A DNA stretch of 63,317 nt, counting the filler. It is 5 parts of 5 records of this genome, joined end to end, with 100 filler letters (N's around TTAATTAATTAA, not from the genome) between each part and the next. Parts side by side here need not be neighbours in the genome. Positions count along the whole stretch, not along the records: positions 8,683 to 27,560 come from SRR20825006_1257; positions 27,661 to 34,337 come from SRR20825006_1261; 3 more parts are not named here. One strand, written 5' to 3'. Shown here one piece after another: positions 18,939 through 31,584 of the stretch. The first letter of the stretch is position 1. Every line of letters begins with the position of its first letter. The notes below the pieces were generated by a model. It was not told the DNA's origin and did not search any database. It saw only the letters and a list, made by a program, of their open reading frames with translations. A program made the position numbers and the translations under genes.

Positions 18939-20993
18939 ATGTCTCAATTTAAGCTCCATTCCCCGTACCAACCAGCTGGCGACCAGCCAAATGCCATCAA
19001 AGAACTTACTGAGGGCGTTTTAGCGGGGGATAAATTCCAAACTTTACTAGGTATTACCGGCTCTGGTAAAACACGTACCATTGCCAATGTTGTTGAGAAT
19101 GTACAACGCCCTACATTAGTAATGAGCCATAACAAAACGCTTGCCGCTCAACTTTTTAGAGAATTAAGTGACTTTTTTCCCGACAATCGTGTCGAGTTTT
19201 TTATTTCCTATTACGATTACTACCAACCAGAAGCTTATCTCTCTGCTCAAGATAAATACATCGAAAAAGATCTTTCCATCAATGAGGAAATTCAACGCCT
19301 TCGTTTGCGCGCTACTAGTTCATTACTTTCTGGGCGGCGAGATGTAATTATTGTTTCCTCTGTGAGTTGTATTTACGGTATTGGTTCGCCATCAGAGTAT
19401 GCAAAGCTTATCATTACGCTAGAAAATGGAATGGAGATTCCTAGAAATAAGCTACTGTATGACCTAGTAGATTTACATTATTCCCGTAACGATATCGACT
19501 TTAAACGTGGCGTATTTCGTGTACGTGGTGATGTAGTTGATGTTTTTCCTGCTTACTCTGATGAGGGATTGCGTATTTCTATGTGGGGAGATGAAATCGA
19601 AACGCTCCAACTTTTCGACCCAGAAACAGGAAACATCATTGAAACCGTTTCTGAGTTTAAGATTTATCCTGCTTCTCATTACGTAACAACAAAATCACGG
19701 CTTGACGAATCTGTTACGCAAATACGGGAAGAGTTAAGGTTTAGAAATGAAGTGCTTATTGACGAAGGTAAATTTCTGGAAGCTAAACGCCTTGAACAGC
19801 GCACTCTTTTTGATATTGAGATGATACAAGAAATTGGCTATTGCTCGGGTATTGAGAATTACTCTCGGTACCTAAGTGCCCGTAAACCAGGCGAGCGTCC
19901 TTACTGCCTCCTTGATTACTTCCCAGATGATTTCCTCACCGTGATTGATGAAAGTCATCAATCTATACCTCAAATTTCTGCAATGTATGGCGGCGATCGC
20001 TCTCGCAAAATTCAACTTGTTGAACACGGGTTCAGACTTCCTTCCGCAATGGATAACCGCCCTCTTACTTTTGATGAGTGGGAAGGAGTTATCAATCAGG
20101 CAATATTTGTAAGTGCTACACCAAGTAATTATGAACTTGAAAAAAGTGGCGGTGTTTATTCTGAGCAACTTATCCGTCCAACGGGGCTTACAGAACCTAT
20201 TCTTGAAGTTCGACCGCTTGATAATCAAGTAGATGATTTGATGGAAGAGATTCGAATTCGCATTGCAAAGAAAGAACGTGTTCTAATTATAACTCTCACC
20301 AAGCGATTAAGTGAGGAGCTAAGCGAATACCTCAAAAATGTAGGTATTTCTGCAGCTTATATGCATAGTGAGTTGGATGCCCTAGAACGTATTGAAGTGC
20401 TGTACAAATATCGTCGTGGCGACTTTGATGTGCTTGTTGGAATCAACTTACTTAGGGAAGGGATTGATATTCCAGAATTGAGTCTTGTTGCCATTATGGA
20501 TGCTGATAAAGAAGGGTTTCTTCGATCTGCTACTTCACTTTTCCAGATTGTTGGCCGTGCCGCTAGAAACTCCGAGGGTAGAGCAATCATGTATGCTAAT
20601 AAGATAACCGACAGCATGCAGAAAGTAATTACTGAAACTAATCGCAGAAGGGTTATTCAAGAAGCGTATAACAAGGAACACGGTATCACCCCGACAACTA
20701 TTGCCAAAGAATTGAAGCCTCTTGTTGATCCATCGTTAATTTCGAACAAGCAGATTGATTTCGGCGCCGAAGCAGGCAAGGCAGCAGAACAAGATTATCT
20801 AGAATCTATTCGCGTTGCCGATGGAGGCATAAAGTACAAACCGAGCCCAGCTATGCACGAAATCACTTTTGAAAGTAAAGATAAGCTTCTAGCTCATCTG
20901 CGCTCTACGATGTTACATGCAGCTAAGAATATGGAATTTGAGGAAGCAGGCCGAATTAGAGATCAAATTGGACAACTTACCGAAGAGTTATAG
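18939..20993 (+). CDS. uvrB: Excinuclease ABC subunit B
   Basis: GITGSGKT Walker A, FISYYDYYQPEAY, DESH, GINLLREG, C-terminal UVR domain. Confidence 0.98.
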   Translation: MSQFKLHSPYQPAGDQPNAIKELTEGVLAGDKFQTLLGITGSGKTRTIANVVENVQRPTLVMSHNKTLAAQLFRELSDFFPDNRVEFFISYYDYYQPEAYLSAQDKYIEKDLSINEEIQRLRLRATSSLLSGRRDVIIVSSVSCIYGIGSPSEYAKLIITLENGMEIPRNKLLYDLVDLHYSRNDIDFKRGVFRVRGDVVDVFPAYSDEGLRISMWGDEIETLQLFDPETGNIIETVSEFKIYPASHYVTTKSRLDESVTQIREELRFRNEVLIDEGKFLEAKRLEQRTLFDIEMIQEIGYCSGIENYSRYLSARKPGERPYCLLDYFPDDFLTVIDESHQSIPQISAMYGGDRSRKIQLVEHGFRLPSAMDNRPLTFDEWEGVINQAIFVSATPSNYELEKSGGVYSEQLIRPTGLTEPILEVRPLDNQVDDLMEEIRIRIAKKERVLIITLTKRLSEELSEYLKNVGISAAYMHSELDALERIEVLYKYRRGDFDVLVGINLLREGIDIPELSLVAIMDADKEGFLRSATSLFQIVGRAARNSEGRAIMYANKITDSMQKVITETNRRRVIQEAYNKEHGITPTTIAKELKPLVDPSLISNKQIDFGAEAGKAAEQDYLESIRVADGGIKYKPSPAMHEITFESKDKLLAHLRSTMLHAAKNMEFEEAGRIRDQIGQLTEEL

Positions 20994-21007
20994 TGTAGCT
21001 GCTCTTT

Positions 21008-21457
21008 TTATGAGTTATTTAAACCCAATTTCTTGCAAATTCGCGCTAAATCAGCTTTATCTTCGTCAGATAATACACTGAATTGCTCTATAATTAATGC
21101 AAGGTGCTTCGGAAAATAGCTTTCTATAAACTTCTTTCCTTTTGAAGTTAAACTCACAATAATCGCACGCCTATCCTTTTCGTCGGTCTTTCTTTGAACA
21201 AGATCACGCTTCGTTAAATTATCGATAACTAAAGTGATGTTTCCACCGCTTTTCAACAACTTCTTACCAATTTCTCTCTGATTTTGAGGTCCTAAATGAT
21301 GAAGCGTTTCTAGGGTACCAAATTGGCTTATAGTTAAGTTTTCTTTGGCTAAACTTTTACTTTGTATAGAATTTATACTCTCAGTGGCACGAACTAATTT
21401 AATATAGGCGTTGAGCGTATTTACTTCTTCTTCCGATCCATTAAAATGAGTGCCCAT
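21008..21457 (-). CDS. MarR-family transcriptional regulator
   Basis: LTISQFGTLETLHHLG...SGGNITLVIDNL...DRR winged helix. Confidence 0.9.
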   Translation of the reverse strand: MGTHFNGSEEEVNTLNAYIKLVRATESINSIQSKSLAKENLTISQFGTLETLHHLGPQNQREIGKKLLKSGGNITLVIDNLTKRDLVQRKTDEKDRRAIIVSLTSKGKKFIESYFPKHLALIIEQFSVLSDEDKADLARICKKLGLNNS

Positions 21458-21529
21458 AAGCTCTATTATTTTTAACTAATTGCAATATAAGGAAACGGCT
21501 CTACTTATTAGTATTAGTAAGAGTTTTCT

Positions 21530-22297
21530 CTATAAATCATAATCAATCGTAACTGGCGCGTGGTCAGATATATCCCATTCTTTTTCAATTACTGCGACTT
21601 TACCTTTCCCAGCGATATCTTTCGTTGCCATCTGATAATCAATTCGCCAGCCTTTGTTCCTCTCTTTTGAAGCAGCTCTATAACTCCACCAACTGTATAA
21701 GTCTTTTTCGTCTTCGTGTAAGTTTCTGAATACATCTTCAAACCCTACCTCTATAAAACTACTAACCCACAGACGCTCTTCAGGTAGAAAACCAGAGCTT
21801 TTGTGTTGCTTGTCTGGATTGTGGATATCAATCTCTTCGTGACAAATATTGAAATCGCCACAAACAATAGTTGGCTTACCGCTGGCAATAATCTTTTTCC
21901 CAAGCTTTAAGAAGTCTTCTAGAAACTTCATTTTCATAACTTGGCGAATATCTCCCGTCGTCCCACTTGGAAAGTACGCCGAAACAACATTGAACTTTTC
22001 GAACTCTAGAGTTAACACTCTTCCTTCAGCATCAATCCAATCTACACCAATTCCTTCATATACTTTTAAAGGCTCTTCTTTTGTGAGTATTGCTACTCCT
22101 GAATATCCCTTTTTTTGGGCGGTATGATAGTACTTATGGTAAGCTAGCTCTTTAAATTCGTTGGGCAACTGGCTTTCTTCTGCACGTAACTCTTGTATAC
22201 AGATTATATCAGGAGAAGAACTTTCCACCCAATCTACAAAGCCTTTTTTTACCGCTGCCCGCACTCCATTTATATTGTAGGAACTAATTCTTGCCAA
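21530..22297 (-). CDS. xth: Exodeoxyribonuclease III
   Basis: SYNINGVRA, CIQE, GDFNICH, GWRIDY and SDHAP motifs. Confidence 0.95.
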   Translation of the reverse strand: MARISSYNINGVRAAVKKGFVDWVESSSPDIICIQELRAEESQLPNEFKELAYHKYYHTAQKKGYSGVAILTKEEPLKVYEGIGVDWIDAEGRVLTLEFEKFNVVSAYFPSGTTGDIRQVMKMKFLEDFLKLGKKIIASGKPTIVCGDFNICHEEIDIHNPDKQHKSSGFLPEERLWVSSFIEVGFEDVFRNLHEDEKDLYSWWSYRAASKERNKGWRIDYQMATKDIAGKGKVAVIEKEWDISDHAPVTIDYDL

Positions 22298-22299
22298 GC

Positions 22300-23514
22300 T
22301 TACTCTCCTTTTAAAATACCGTAGTTTCTCTTTCCTACTTTGAGTATTGCTTCTTCGTCTTTTTCTAGTGTAAACACAAAGTTCATATCCTGAATCTTTT
22401 CGTCATTCAGACTAATTCCACCTTGCTTTACCATTCTTTTAGTCTCCCCATTGCTTGGAGAAAATCCCGTTTCAGCAATTATGTCCAATAGTCTAATTTC
22501 TTCACCAGCATTTACAGTAAAGGTTGGTGCATCGTCAGGAACTTGTTTATTGATGATCGTTTGCTCAAAGTGCTGTCTAGCGGCGTCCGCAGCGACTTTG
22601 CTATGGTACATTCTTACAAGAGTATGAGCTAAGTCATGCTTGGCGTTTCTCGGATCTTTTGAAGCTTTTTCTTTAAGAACTGGCAAATCTGCGCTTTCTA
22701 CATCCGTAACAAGTTCGTAATACGTGTAAATCAAATCATCTGGAATAGAAAGCGACTTTCCATACATGTCGTTAGGATTTTCATCTATCCCAATGTAATT
22801 ATCATACGATTTAGACATTTTAGCGGTTCCATCAGTACCAACCAAAAGTGGCATCATCAAACATATTTGAGGCTCTTGCCCATCGTCTTTCTGAAGCTGA
22901 CGACCTACCAATAAGTTGAACTTCTGATCTGTTCCACCTAACTCAACATCTGAGTTCAAGAAAACTGAATCTTGGCCTTGAGCTAGGGGGTACAAAAACT
23001 CATGAAGAGAAATGGGCTCATTATTCTGGAATCTCTTTGAGAAATCATCACGCTCAATCATTCTGGCAACGGTAAGCTTAGAAGCCAAACCAATCACATC
23101 CATAAAGCTCATTGTGCCTAACCAATCGTTATTATTAACCAAGGTTAGCTTATCTGTATCTAAAATCTTTTTAGCTTGATCAATGTAAGTTTTTGCATTC
23201 TCTTGTACTTCACTAAGTGTAAGCGGTGGACGAGTGTTATTCTGCCCTGTAGGATCGCCAATCATCGCTGTGAAGCCACCAATTATCAATATTGCCTCAT
23301 GGCCCAAGTCTTGAAACTGACGCAACTTTCTAAGGATTACCGAATGACCTAAATGAAGATCTGGTCGTGTAGGATCCACACCCAGTTTAATCTTTAGTGG
23401 CTTATTCTCTTTTCGTGATTTTTTTAGCTTTGCTACCAGTTCTTCTTCTGGTACAATTTCGATCGCGCCTCGTTTAATTATTTCGAGTTGCTCTTCTACT
23501 GTAGGGAATGACAT
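22300..23514 (-). CDS. tyrS: Tyrosine--tRNA ligase
   Basis: [12 protein letters not shown] and KMSKS motifs; C-terminal S4-like domain. Confidence 0.97.
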   Translation of the reverse strand: MSFPTVEEQLEIIKRGAIEIVPEEELVAKLKKSRKENKPLKIKLGVDPTRPDLHLGHSVILRKLRQFQDLGHEAILIIGGFTAMIGDPTGQNNTRPPLTLSEVQENAKTYIDQAKKILDTDKLTLVNNNDWLGTMSFMDVIGLASKLTVARMIERDDFSKRFQNNEPISLHEFLYPLAQGQDSVFLNSDVELGGTDQKFNLLVGRQLQKDDGQEPQICLMMPLLVGTDGTAKMSKSYDNYIGIDENPNDMYGKSLSIPDDLIYTYYELVTDVESADLPVLKEKASKDPRNAKHDLAHTLVRMYHSKVAADAARQHFEQTIINKQVPDDAPTFTVNAGEEIRLLDIIAETGFSPSNGETKRMVKQGGISLNDEKIQDMNFVFTLEKDEEAILKVGKRNYGILKGE

Positions 23515-23515
23515 C

Positions 23516-24076
23516 TTAATTATCGTTTATAATGGGTAGGTTTTCTACCGGGTTGTATTTACTTAATGTGTTTTTCACGGTTTCCTTAAAACCCTCTGCT
23601 CCTGGATACAAGAATGTTGCGGCTTCATAGGTCCATGGACCTACATAGATAACATAAGGATATAAGTAGGATTCGTCTCTAGTTTGTTCTGCAGGAAAGT
23701 TAAACCCTGCTAATAGCAATAATGCAGTACTCACCATCATAGAAGCTTTTAAAGCACCGAATATTCCACCAAAGGTTCTATTCATAGCGCCTAAATTTAC
23801 AGCCTCTAAGAATTTTTTAGTGAGTGCGCCAATTACACCAATAACGATAAGTGTGCCTAGAAAAATTGCCCCGCCAGAAACGAAAGGAATATATGCTGAG
23901 TTGGTTTCAAAGAGAGGGGCAATAACCTCTCCGAGTAAATCCATGAATCTAAATGTTAGAAAAATGGCGAGTATTATTCCGACAATATTAAGAATTTCCT
24001 TAACCAACCCGTTTACAGCACCTTTATATGCAAAAAAGAGTAGTGGTATGGCGATAATAATGTCGAGAATGTACAT
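23516..24076 (-). CDS. cvpA: CvpA family membrane protein
   Basis: LDIIIAI...[10 protein letters not shown] start, [19 protein letters not shown]. Confidence 0.85.
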   Translation of the reverse strand: MYILDIIIAIPLLFFAYKGAVNGLVKEILNIVGIILAIFLTFRFMDLLGEVIAPLFETNSAYIPFVSGGAIFLGTLIVIGVIGALTKKFLEAVNLGAMNRTFGGIFGALKASMMVSTALLLLAGFNFPAEQTRDESYLYPYVIYVGPWTYEAATFLYPGAEGFKETVKNTLSKYNPVENLPIINDN

Positions 24077-24077
24077 G

Positions 24078-24536
24078 CTACTTGTTTAATTCTTCTTTTA
24101 CGATAGAACTGATAAGTCCTCCATCAGCTTTACCTTTTAATGCGCCCATTAAAGCACCCATCACTTTACCCATATCTTGCGGTCCGGTTGCACCTAAAGC
24201 TGATATTTTTTTCACGATGATATTCCGCACTTCTTCTTCGCTCATCATTGCGGGCGTATAGTCTTCAATAATAGCAAGTTCTGCACGCTCTATTACTACT
24301 AAATCTTCTCTTCCACCATCACTAAATTGTGCTATCGACTCTTTTCTTTGCTTAGCTGCTTTTACTAAAACCTCGATATACTGTGCTTCAGAAAGGGTTG
24401 ATTCTCCCCCTTTCCTCTCACTAATCTCTTTTTCTAAGAATTTAGCTTTTAGAGAACGCAAGACTTTTAAGCGCTCTTTGTCTTGAGCTTTCATTGCTGT
24501 TTTTAAGTCTTCTAGAATTTGGTCTTTTATACTCAT
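24078..24536 (-). CDS. GatB/YqeY domain protein
   Basis: DLKTAMKAQDK, KQRKESIAQF, DMGKVMG...GKADG motifs. Confidence 0.93.
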   Translation of the reverse strand: MSIKDQILEDLKTAMKAQDKERLKVLRSLKAKFLEKEISERKGGESTLSEAQYIEVLVKAAKQRKESIAQFSDGGREDLVVIERAELAIIEDYTPAMMSEEEVRNIIVKKISALGATGPQDMGKVMGALMGALKGKADGGLISSIVKEELNK

Positions 24537-24567
24537 TATAAATGGGGTTTATCTTAGAAATTTAAGC

Positions 24568-24607
24568 AAAAAAAAAGGTTACACAATCAACTTGCGTAAC
24601 CTTTTTT
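24568..24607 (-). terminator. Terminator of the rpmB-rpmG-DUF4295 operon
   Basis: AAAAAAGGTTAC...GTAACCTTTTTT inverted repeat with a long A-tract on + (U-tract on -). Confidence 0.8.
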
Positions 24608-24628
24608 AAAATCTGATGAAAAAAGAAA

Positions 24629-24799
24629 TTACGCTCTTTTCGCCTTAATAAAGTCGTTTACTTGATCTTGCTCAATCATAACTTCGCCATAAGAGAATTT
24701 ACCACTAGCATTTTTTGTTGCAACAACAACTTTTGCCATGCGTTTTTGAGCAGCTTTTGCAGCAAGTGCGTCTGAACCGAATGTTTGTTTCTTAGCCAT
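24629..24799 (-). CDS. DUF4295-family small basic protein (56 aa; absent from ORF track)
   Basis: Manual translation MAKKQTFGSDALAAKAAQKRMAKVVVATKNASGKFSYGEVMIEQDQVNDFIKAKRA; directly after rpmG, the usual position in Bacteroidota-related genomes. Confidence 0.8.
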   Translation of the reverse strand: MAKKQTFGSDALAAKAAQKRMAKVVVATKNASGKFSYGEVMIEQDQVNDFIKAKRA

Positions 24800-24806
24800 G
24801 TCTCAA

Positions 24807-24971
24807 TTATTTAATTTCTTTATGAGTAGTGTGTTTCCGAAGAACAGGATTGTATTTTTTGAGTTCCATACGCTCTGTCTGTGTACGACGATTTTTCGTG
24901 GTCACATATCTTGATGAGCCCGGTTTCTCGGTACATTCCAAAATTACTTGAACTCTATTTCCTTTTGCCAT
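24807..24971 (-). CDS. rpmG: 50S ribosomal protein L33 (absent from ORF track)
   Basis: Manual translation [54 protein letters not shown]. Confidence 0.96.
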   Translation of the reverse strand: MAKGNRVQVILECTEKPGSSRYVTTKNRRTQTERMELKKYNPVLRKHTTHKEIK

Positions 24972-24975
24972 AGTT

Positions 24976-25221
24976 CTATACCTCTTTTAACAGGGTTCCT
25001 TTTCGACGCGCAGCCTTCAAGACTTCAGTAAGACCATTCTTATTGATAGTTCTTAATGTTTTAGCAGTTACTTTTAAGGTAACCCATCTGTCTTCTTCAG
25101 GGATGTAAAAGCGTCTTTTTTGTAAATTCAAGTGGAAGCGATGCTTGGTCTTATTATTCGCTTTTGAAGAACGGTAGCCGTTCATCGCTTTTTTTCCAGT
25201 TATATCGTCTCGTCGCGACAT
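24976..25221 (-). CDS. rpmB: 50S ribosomal protein L28
   Basis: [10 protein letters not shown]...[16 protein letters not shown]...LRTINKNG. Confidence 0.95.
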   Translation of the reverse strand: MSRRDDITGKKAMNGYRSSKANNKTKHRFHLNLQKRRFYIPEEDRWVTLKVTAKTLRTINKNGLTEVLKAARRKGTLLKEV

Positions 25222-25480
25222 TGTAATATCAATTATTTCATGTGAAAATAGACGCCAAAGATATAGGTATTCTAACCAAACATCAACGCTTTTTACTGGA
25301 AAAAATCCTAAAACGTGAAATTATTCACAAAACACCTTAATTATCCACATTAAAAACAGTCTTTCCGTATGTCAAAAATCGCCTCAGAATTTTAATCTCT
25401 TATTTTTTTGATAATTAGCATGCCTTTTTTTGATTTTGCGCGTGTAAGCCCTATTTTCGAGCATTAAACATCTCATCTAA

Positions 25481-27439
<1,959 letters not shown>

Positions 27440-27478
27440 GAGCTCATTTACATACTTAAAGGATTTATTTAATTAGAT

Positions 27479-27560
27479 ATGGCTAGAGAAAAAATTGTAC
27501 ACGTAACCATCGAAGACGAGATGGAATCATCATACATCGATTATTCGATGTCTGTAATTG
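27479..27560 (+). CDS. gyrA: DNA gyrase subunit A, N-terminal fragment (contig end)
   Basis: MAREKIVHVTIEDEMESSYIDYSMSVI immediately after gyrB. Confidence 0.9.
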
Positions 27561-27660
27561 NNNNNNNNNNNNNNNNNNNNNNNNNNNNNNNNNNNNNNNN
27601 NNNNTTAATTAATTAANNNNNNNNNNNNNNNNNNNNNNNNNNNNNNNNNNNNNNNNNNNN
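27561..27660. other. Artificial contig linker
   Basis: N44-TTAATTAATTAA-N44. Confidence 0.98.
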
Positions 27661-27690
27661 CCCCCCGGAGTTTATCTGGCAAGATGAAGG
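27661..27690. repeat. Probable half of a Rhodobacteraceae REP-like intergenic repeat
   Basis: CCCCCCGGAGTTTATCTGGCAAGATGAAG resembles a dispersed repeat recalled from Roseobacter-group genomes; lies at the contig break; single copy here. Confidence 0.45.
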
Positions 27691-27822
27691 GTGGCGTGGC
27701 TTACGCTGCGTCGACCAAAGGCGGCTTTGCGCCTGATATGCTTGCGCAATTGCTTAAACCACCGCATCTTGTCAGGTAAGGAAAAAGCCACACGGGAGCG
27801 GTGGCGACAGGGAGGATATACC

Positions 27823-29721
27823 ATGACCTATGCAGGGATCGAAGACCGCAAGCGCATCGAAGCCGAAGGCCCGTGGGCGTCACGCGATGTGCCGGTGACG
27901 CTGTTTGGAATGCTCAGCGATACGGCTGCGAAATTTCCGGATCACAACGCGGTCAGCTACCAGATTTTCTCGGGCCCCAAAGACAAGGCCGAGACCTTCA
28001 CCTGGCGCGAGCTGAAGGCCAAGACGGCCCAGACCGCCAACATGTTGCGCAGCATGGGCATTGGTCCGACGGATGTGGTGGCCTATGTGCTGCCCAACTG
28101 CAACGAGGCGATCCTGACCATGTTGGGCGGGGCGACGGCGGGCATCGTGAACCCGATCAACCCGCTTCTGGATCCCGAACAGATCGCATCCATCCTGCGC
28201 GAGACCGGGGCCAAGGTCGTGGTGACGCTGCGCGCCTTTCCCAAGACGGACGTGGCCGACAAGGTCGCAAGTGCGGTGGCCCATGCGCCCGGCGTGAAAA
28301 CCGTGCTCGAGGTCGACCTGCTGCGCTATGTGACGCCGCCGAAATCGTGGATCATTCCCTTGATCCGCCCCAAGTCCGCACGCGCGTCCCATGCCGATTA
28401 CCTGAGCTTCAGCGCCGAGCTGAAAAAGCACAACACGAGCCTGGATTTCGAGGACGTGCAACAGGACCGCGTGGCCTGCTATTTCCACACCGGTGGCACC
28501 ACCGGCATGCCCAAGGTGGCGCAGCACCGCTATTCGGGGCTGGTCTACAACGGCTGGGTCGGGGGCGAGTTGCTGTTGAACGAGAATGACGTGCTTTTGT
28601 GCCCGCTGCCGCTGTTCCACGTGATGGCGGTGCATGTGATCCTGATGGGGGCCGTGTTCAGCGGTGCGCATGTGGTGTTCCCGACGCCGCAGGGCTATCG
28701 CGGTGAAGGCGTGTTCGACAACATCTGGAAGCTGACGGAACGGTGGAAGATCACCTTTATCGTGTCAGTCCCCACGGCCCTTGCCGCGATGATGCAGCGC
28801 CCGATTGATGCCGATGTCAGCACGGTGAAAACCGCCTTTTCCGGCTCGGCTCCGCTGCCTAAGGAATTGTTCAAACGCTTTGAAGAGGCCACGGGCGTCA
28901 CCATCGTCGAAGGCTACGGCATGACCGAAGCGACCTGTCTTGTGTCGGGCAACCCCGTGGACGGGCTGAAGAAAATCGGCAGCATCGGCATTCCGTTCCC
29001 CTATACGGACGTCAAGATCATCAAACAGACGAACGAGGGTCCGTTGGAATGTGCCGTGGACGAGATCGGCGAGATTTGCATTGCCAATCCCGGCGTCTAC
29101 ACCGGCCATACCTACACCGAAGCGGCCAAGAACAAGGATCTGTTCTACAACGACACCCACCTGCGCACGGGCGACCTGGGCCGTATGGATGCCGACGGTT
29201 ATCTGTGGATCACCGGCCGGGCCAAGGATCTGATCATTCGCGGCGGGCACAATATCGACCCGGCCGAGATCGAGGATGCATTGCAGGGTCACAAGGCCGT
29301 GGCCTTTGCCGGTGCCATCGGTCAGCCCGACGCCCATTCCGGCGAGGTGCCTTGCGCCTATGTCGAACTGGTGGACGGTGCGACCGTGACCGAGGCCGAG
29401 CTGGTGGATTATTGCAAGAAGCATGTCCACGAACGCGCCGCACAGCCCAAGCACATGACGATCATGGACGAGCTGCCAAAGACGGCGGTGGGCAAGGTGT
29501 TCAAACCCGACCTGCGCAAGAATGCGATCACGCGGGTCTATAACGCGGCCCTGTCGGATGCCGGTCTGAAGGCGCGGGTCACCTCGGTTCTGGATGACAA
29601 GAAACGCGGGCTGACCGCGCAGGTGGCGGCCAACGGCGACAGCCAGGAGGCCATCGGCAAGGTGCTGGGGCCATTCATCCAGGGCTGGGAACTGGAAACC
29701 CAGGCCGTCGCGGCGGAATAG
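27823..29721 (+). CDS. Acyl-CoA synthetase (AMP-binding enzyme)
   Basis: FHTGGTTGMPK, EGYGMTE, RTGDLG, GRAKDLIIRGG, PKTAVGK; GGAGGA RBS before the ATG at 27823. Confidence 0.92.
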   Translation: MTYAGIEDRKRIEAEGPWASRDVPVTLFGMLSDTAAKFPDHNAVSYQIFSGPKDKAETFTWRELKAKTAQTANMLRSMGIGPTDVVAYVLPNCNEAILTMLGGATAGIVNPINPLLDPEQIASILRETGAKVVVTLRAFPKTDVADKVASAVAHAPGVKTVLEVDLLRYVTPPKSWIIPLIRPKSARASHADYLSFSAELKKHNTSLDFEDVQQDRVACYFHTGGTTGMPKVAQHRYSGLVYNGWVGGELLLNENDVLLCPLPLFHVMAVHVILMGAVFSGAHVVFPTPQGYRGEGVFDNIWKLTERWKITFIVSVPTALAAMMQRPIDADVSTVKTAFSGSAPLPKELFKRFEEATGVTIVEGYGMTEATCLVSGNPVDGLKKIGSIGIPFPYTDVKIIKQTNEGPLECAVDEIGEICIANPGVYTGHTYTEAAKNKDLFYNDTHLRTGDLGRMDADGYLWITGRAKDLIIRGGHNIDPAEIEDALQGHKAVAFAGAIGQPDAHSGEVPCAYVELVDGATVTEAELVDYCKKHVHERAAQPKHMTIMDELPKTAVGKVFKPDLRKNAITRVYNAALSDAGLKARVTSVLDDKKRGLTAQVAANGDSQEAIGKVLGPFIQGWELETQAVAAE

Positions 29722-29725
29722 GCCT

Positions 29726-30661
29726 GTGCCCGATTATGACAAACTGATGGACGAAGAGGTCCGTGCCTTCATGGCGCGGACCGCGCGGCACTATCCGCCC
29801 GATGCGGTGGACCTGACCGTGGACGACCAGCGGCGGGTCTATAACGCGATGTGTGCCGATTTCGATGTGGGCTATCCCGATGATGTGACAGCGCAGGACC
29901 GGGCCTTTGGCGGCGTGACGTGCCGCGTCTACAGCCGTGCAGTCCCAGTTGCGGGCACAGTGTTCTATTGCCACGGCGGCGGTTTTGTCGTCGGCGGGCT
30001 GGACAGCCACGACAGCATCTGCGCCGAGTTCTGCGCAGGCACGGGGATGCAGGTGATTGCGGTCGATTACGGCCTGTCGCCCGAACGCCCCTTTCCCGGT
30101 GATTTCGAAGACGCCTGGGCTGCGTTCGAAGCGGTCTGTGCCGAGTCTGAAGGTGCCATCGTGCTGGCGGGTGACAGTGCAGGCGGCAATCTGGTCGCGG
30201 CGATTGCGCATCATGCGCGCGGTCGCATCGACGGGCGTATCACCGGCAGCCTGCTGATCTATCCCGGTCTGGGCGGCGACCGCACGCGGGGCAGCTATGT
30301 CACCCACGCCGATGCACCGGGGCTAAGCGTTCGGGACATGGCGTTCTATCAAACGCTGCGCTCCGGCGGGCAGGACTGCACCGGCGATCCGCGCTTTGCG
30401 CCGTTGCAGGACACCGACTTTTCCGGCCTGCCGCCCACCGTGATCCTGACCGCCGAATTCGACCCGTTGTCCAGCGATGGCGAGGCCTACCGCGATGCCA
30501 TTCAGGCCGCAGGGGGCCGTGCCGTGTGGATCGAAGAGGCGGGGCTGGTGCACGCGCATCTGCGGGCGCGACACATGTCGAAACGTGCCGCTACCAGCTT
30601 TGCGCGGATGATCCAGGCGCTGACCCTGCTGCGCGCGGGTCAGATCACCGATCTGGACTGA
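29726..30661 (+). CDS. Alpha/beta hydrolase, HSL-family esterase
   Basis: HGGGF oxyanion motif, GDSAGG nucleophile, DPL Asp and C-terminal His. Confidence 0.92.
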   Translation: MPDYDKLMDEEVRAFMARTARHYPPDAVDLTVDDQRRVYNAMCADFDVGYPDDVTAQDRAFGGVTCRVYSRAVPVAGTVFYCHGGGFVVGGLDSHDSICAEFCAGTGMQVIAVDYGLSPERPFPGDFEDAWAAFEAVCAESEGAIVLAGDSAGGNLVAAIAHHARGRIDGRITGSLLIYPGLGGDRTRGSYVTHADAPGLSVRDMAFYQTLRSGGQDCTGDPRFAPLQDTDFSGLPPTVILTAEFDPLSSDGEAYRDAIQAAGGRAVWIEEAGLVHAHLRARHMSKRAATSFARMIQALTLLRAGQITDLD

Positions 30662-30667
30662 GGCAGG

Positions 30668-31504
30668 TCAGGTCAGGAACGGTTTGGCTTTCATCGTGTC
30701 GGGGATTGGCGCACCCAGCCGCGACAGGATGGTGGGGGCCAGTTGCAGCTGGTCGATCACCGTATCCTCGTGGGGCCCTTCGGCGTCCCCGAAATAATAC
30801 AACGCCGCCTCTTGCTGCAAGGCACCGCGCCCGCCGTGGTGGCCGCGCTCGTCCTGTCCGTGATCGGCGGTCACGATCACCTCGTACCCCATCTGCCGCC
30901 AGCGCGGGATGAACGGGGCCAGCATTTCGTCCATGATGAAACAGGCGCTGTCCATTTCCTGGCTTTCATGGAAGAACCGGTGGCCCATGCTGTCCAGCGT
31001 ACAGGTGTGCAACATGCCATAGTTCAGCCCGAAGCGCAGGCACAGGTTGGTCAGCGTGCCGAACAGGTCCACGTCTGAGGGGGTCATCTGGTTGTTGTGC
31101 CCATAGCCGGTCATCGTGTGAAAACGGCCATGGTTGATGGTGTCGCTGTCGGCCTCGTCATATTCGATGTCGCGCACATAGTCGAAGGGGTGGCGGTTGA
31201 AGAATTCGGACCAAAAGCTGTGCGCGACCGCTCCCGTGACCCCACCTGCCGCGCGGGTGGCGGAGAAGACGTCGGGATGCGACAGGCGGAACACGTTCCC
31301 GTTGCCGGTGCAGCCATGTGCGGCCGGGGCCACGCCGGTGTGGATCGACGCATAGCACGAGGCCGAAATCGACGGCAGCACCGCGCGCAGTTTCCACACG
31401 CGGGCGTCACCTGAATCAACCCAGCCTTCCAGATTGCCGAACAGCCGCCGCCAGTTGCGCCACGGCACCCCGTCCAGAATGATCAGCAACAGTTTCTTGT
31501 CCAT
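30668..31504 (-). CDS. Alkaline phosphatase superfamily (nucleotide pyrophosphatase/phosphodiesterase-like) protein
   Basis: IILDG, LPSIS...IHTG, DSMGH and TADHG metal-site motifs; start at MDKKLLL preferred. Confidence 0.85.
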   Translation of the reverse strand: MDKKLLLIILDGVPWRNWRRLFGNLEGWVDSGDARVWKLRAVLPSISASCYASIHTGVAPAAHGCTGNGNVFRLSHPDVFSATRAAGGVTGAVAHSFWSEFFNRHPFDYVRDIEYDEADSDTINHGRFHTMTGYGHNNQMTPSDVDLFGTLTNLCLRFGLNYGMLHTCTLDSMGHRFFHESQEMDSACFIMDEMLAPFIPRWRQMGYEVIVTADHGQDERGHHGGRGALQQEAALYYFGDAEGPHEDTVIDQLQLAPTILSRLGAPIPDTMKAKPFLT

Positions 31505-31584
31505 ATGCGCCCCCTGTCTGTGCGCCTGCATCTGACCGCAGGTGGTGCGCGGGGGCAATGGGGGCTGTGCGATTTTTCTTGACG

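Noticed and set aside
27691-27822. Track N-terminal extensions (also 3547-3723, 31505-31588, 54583-54654)
   Set aside because: Downstream ATGs have better RBS/promoter context and match the family starts.
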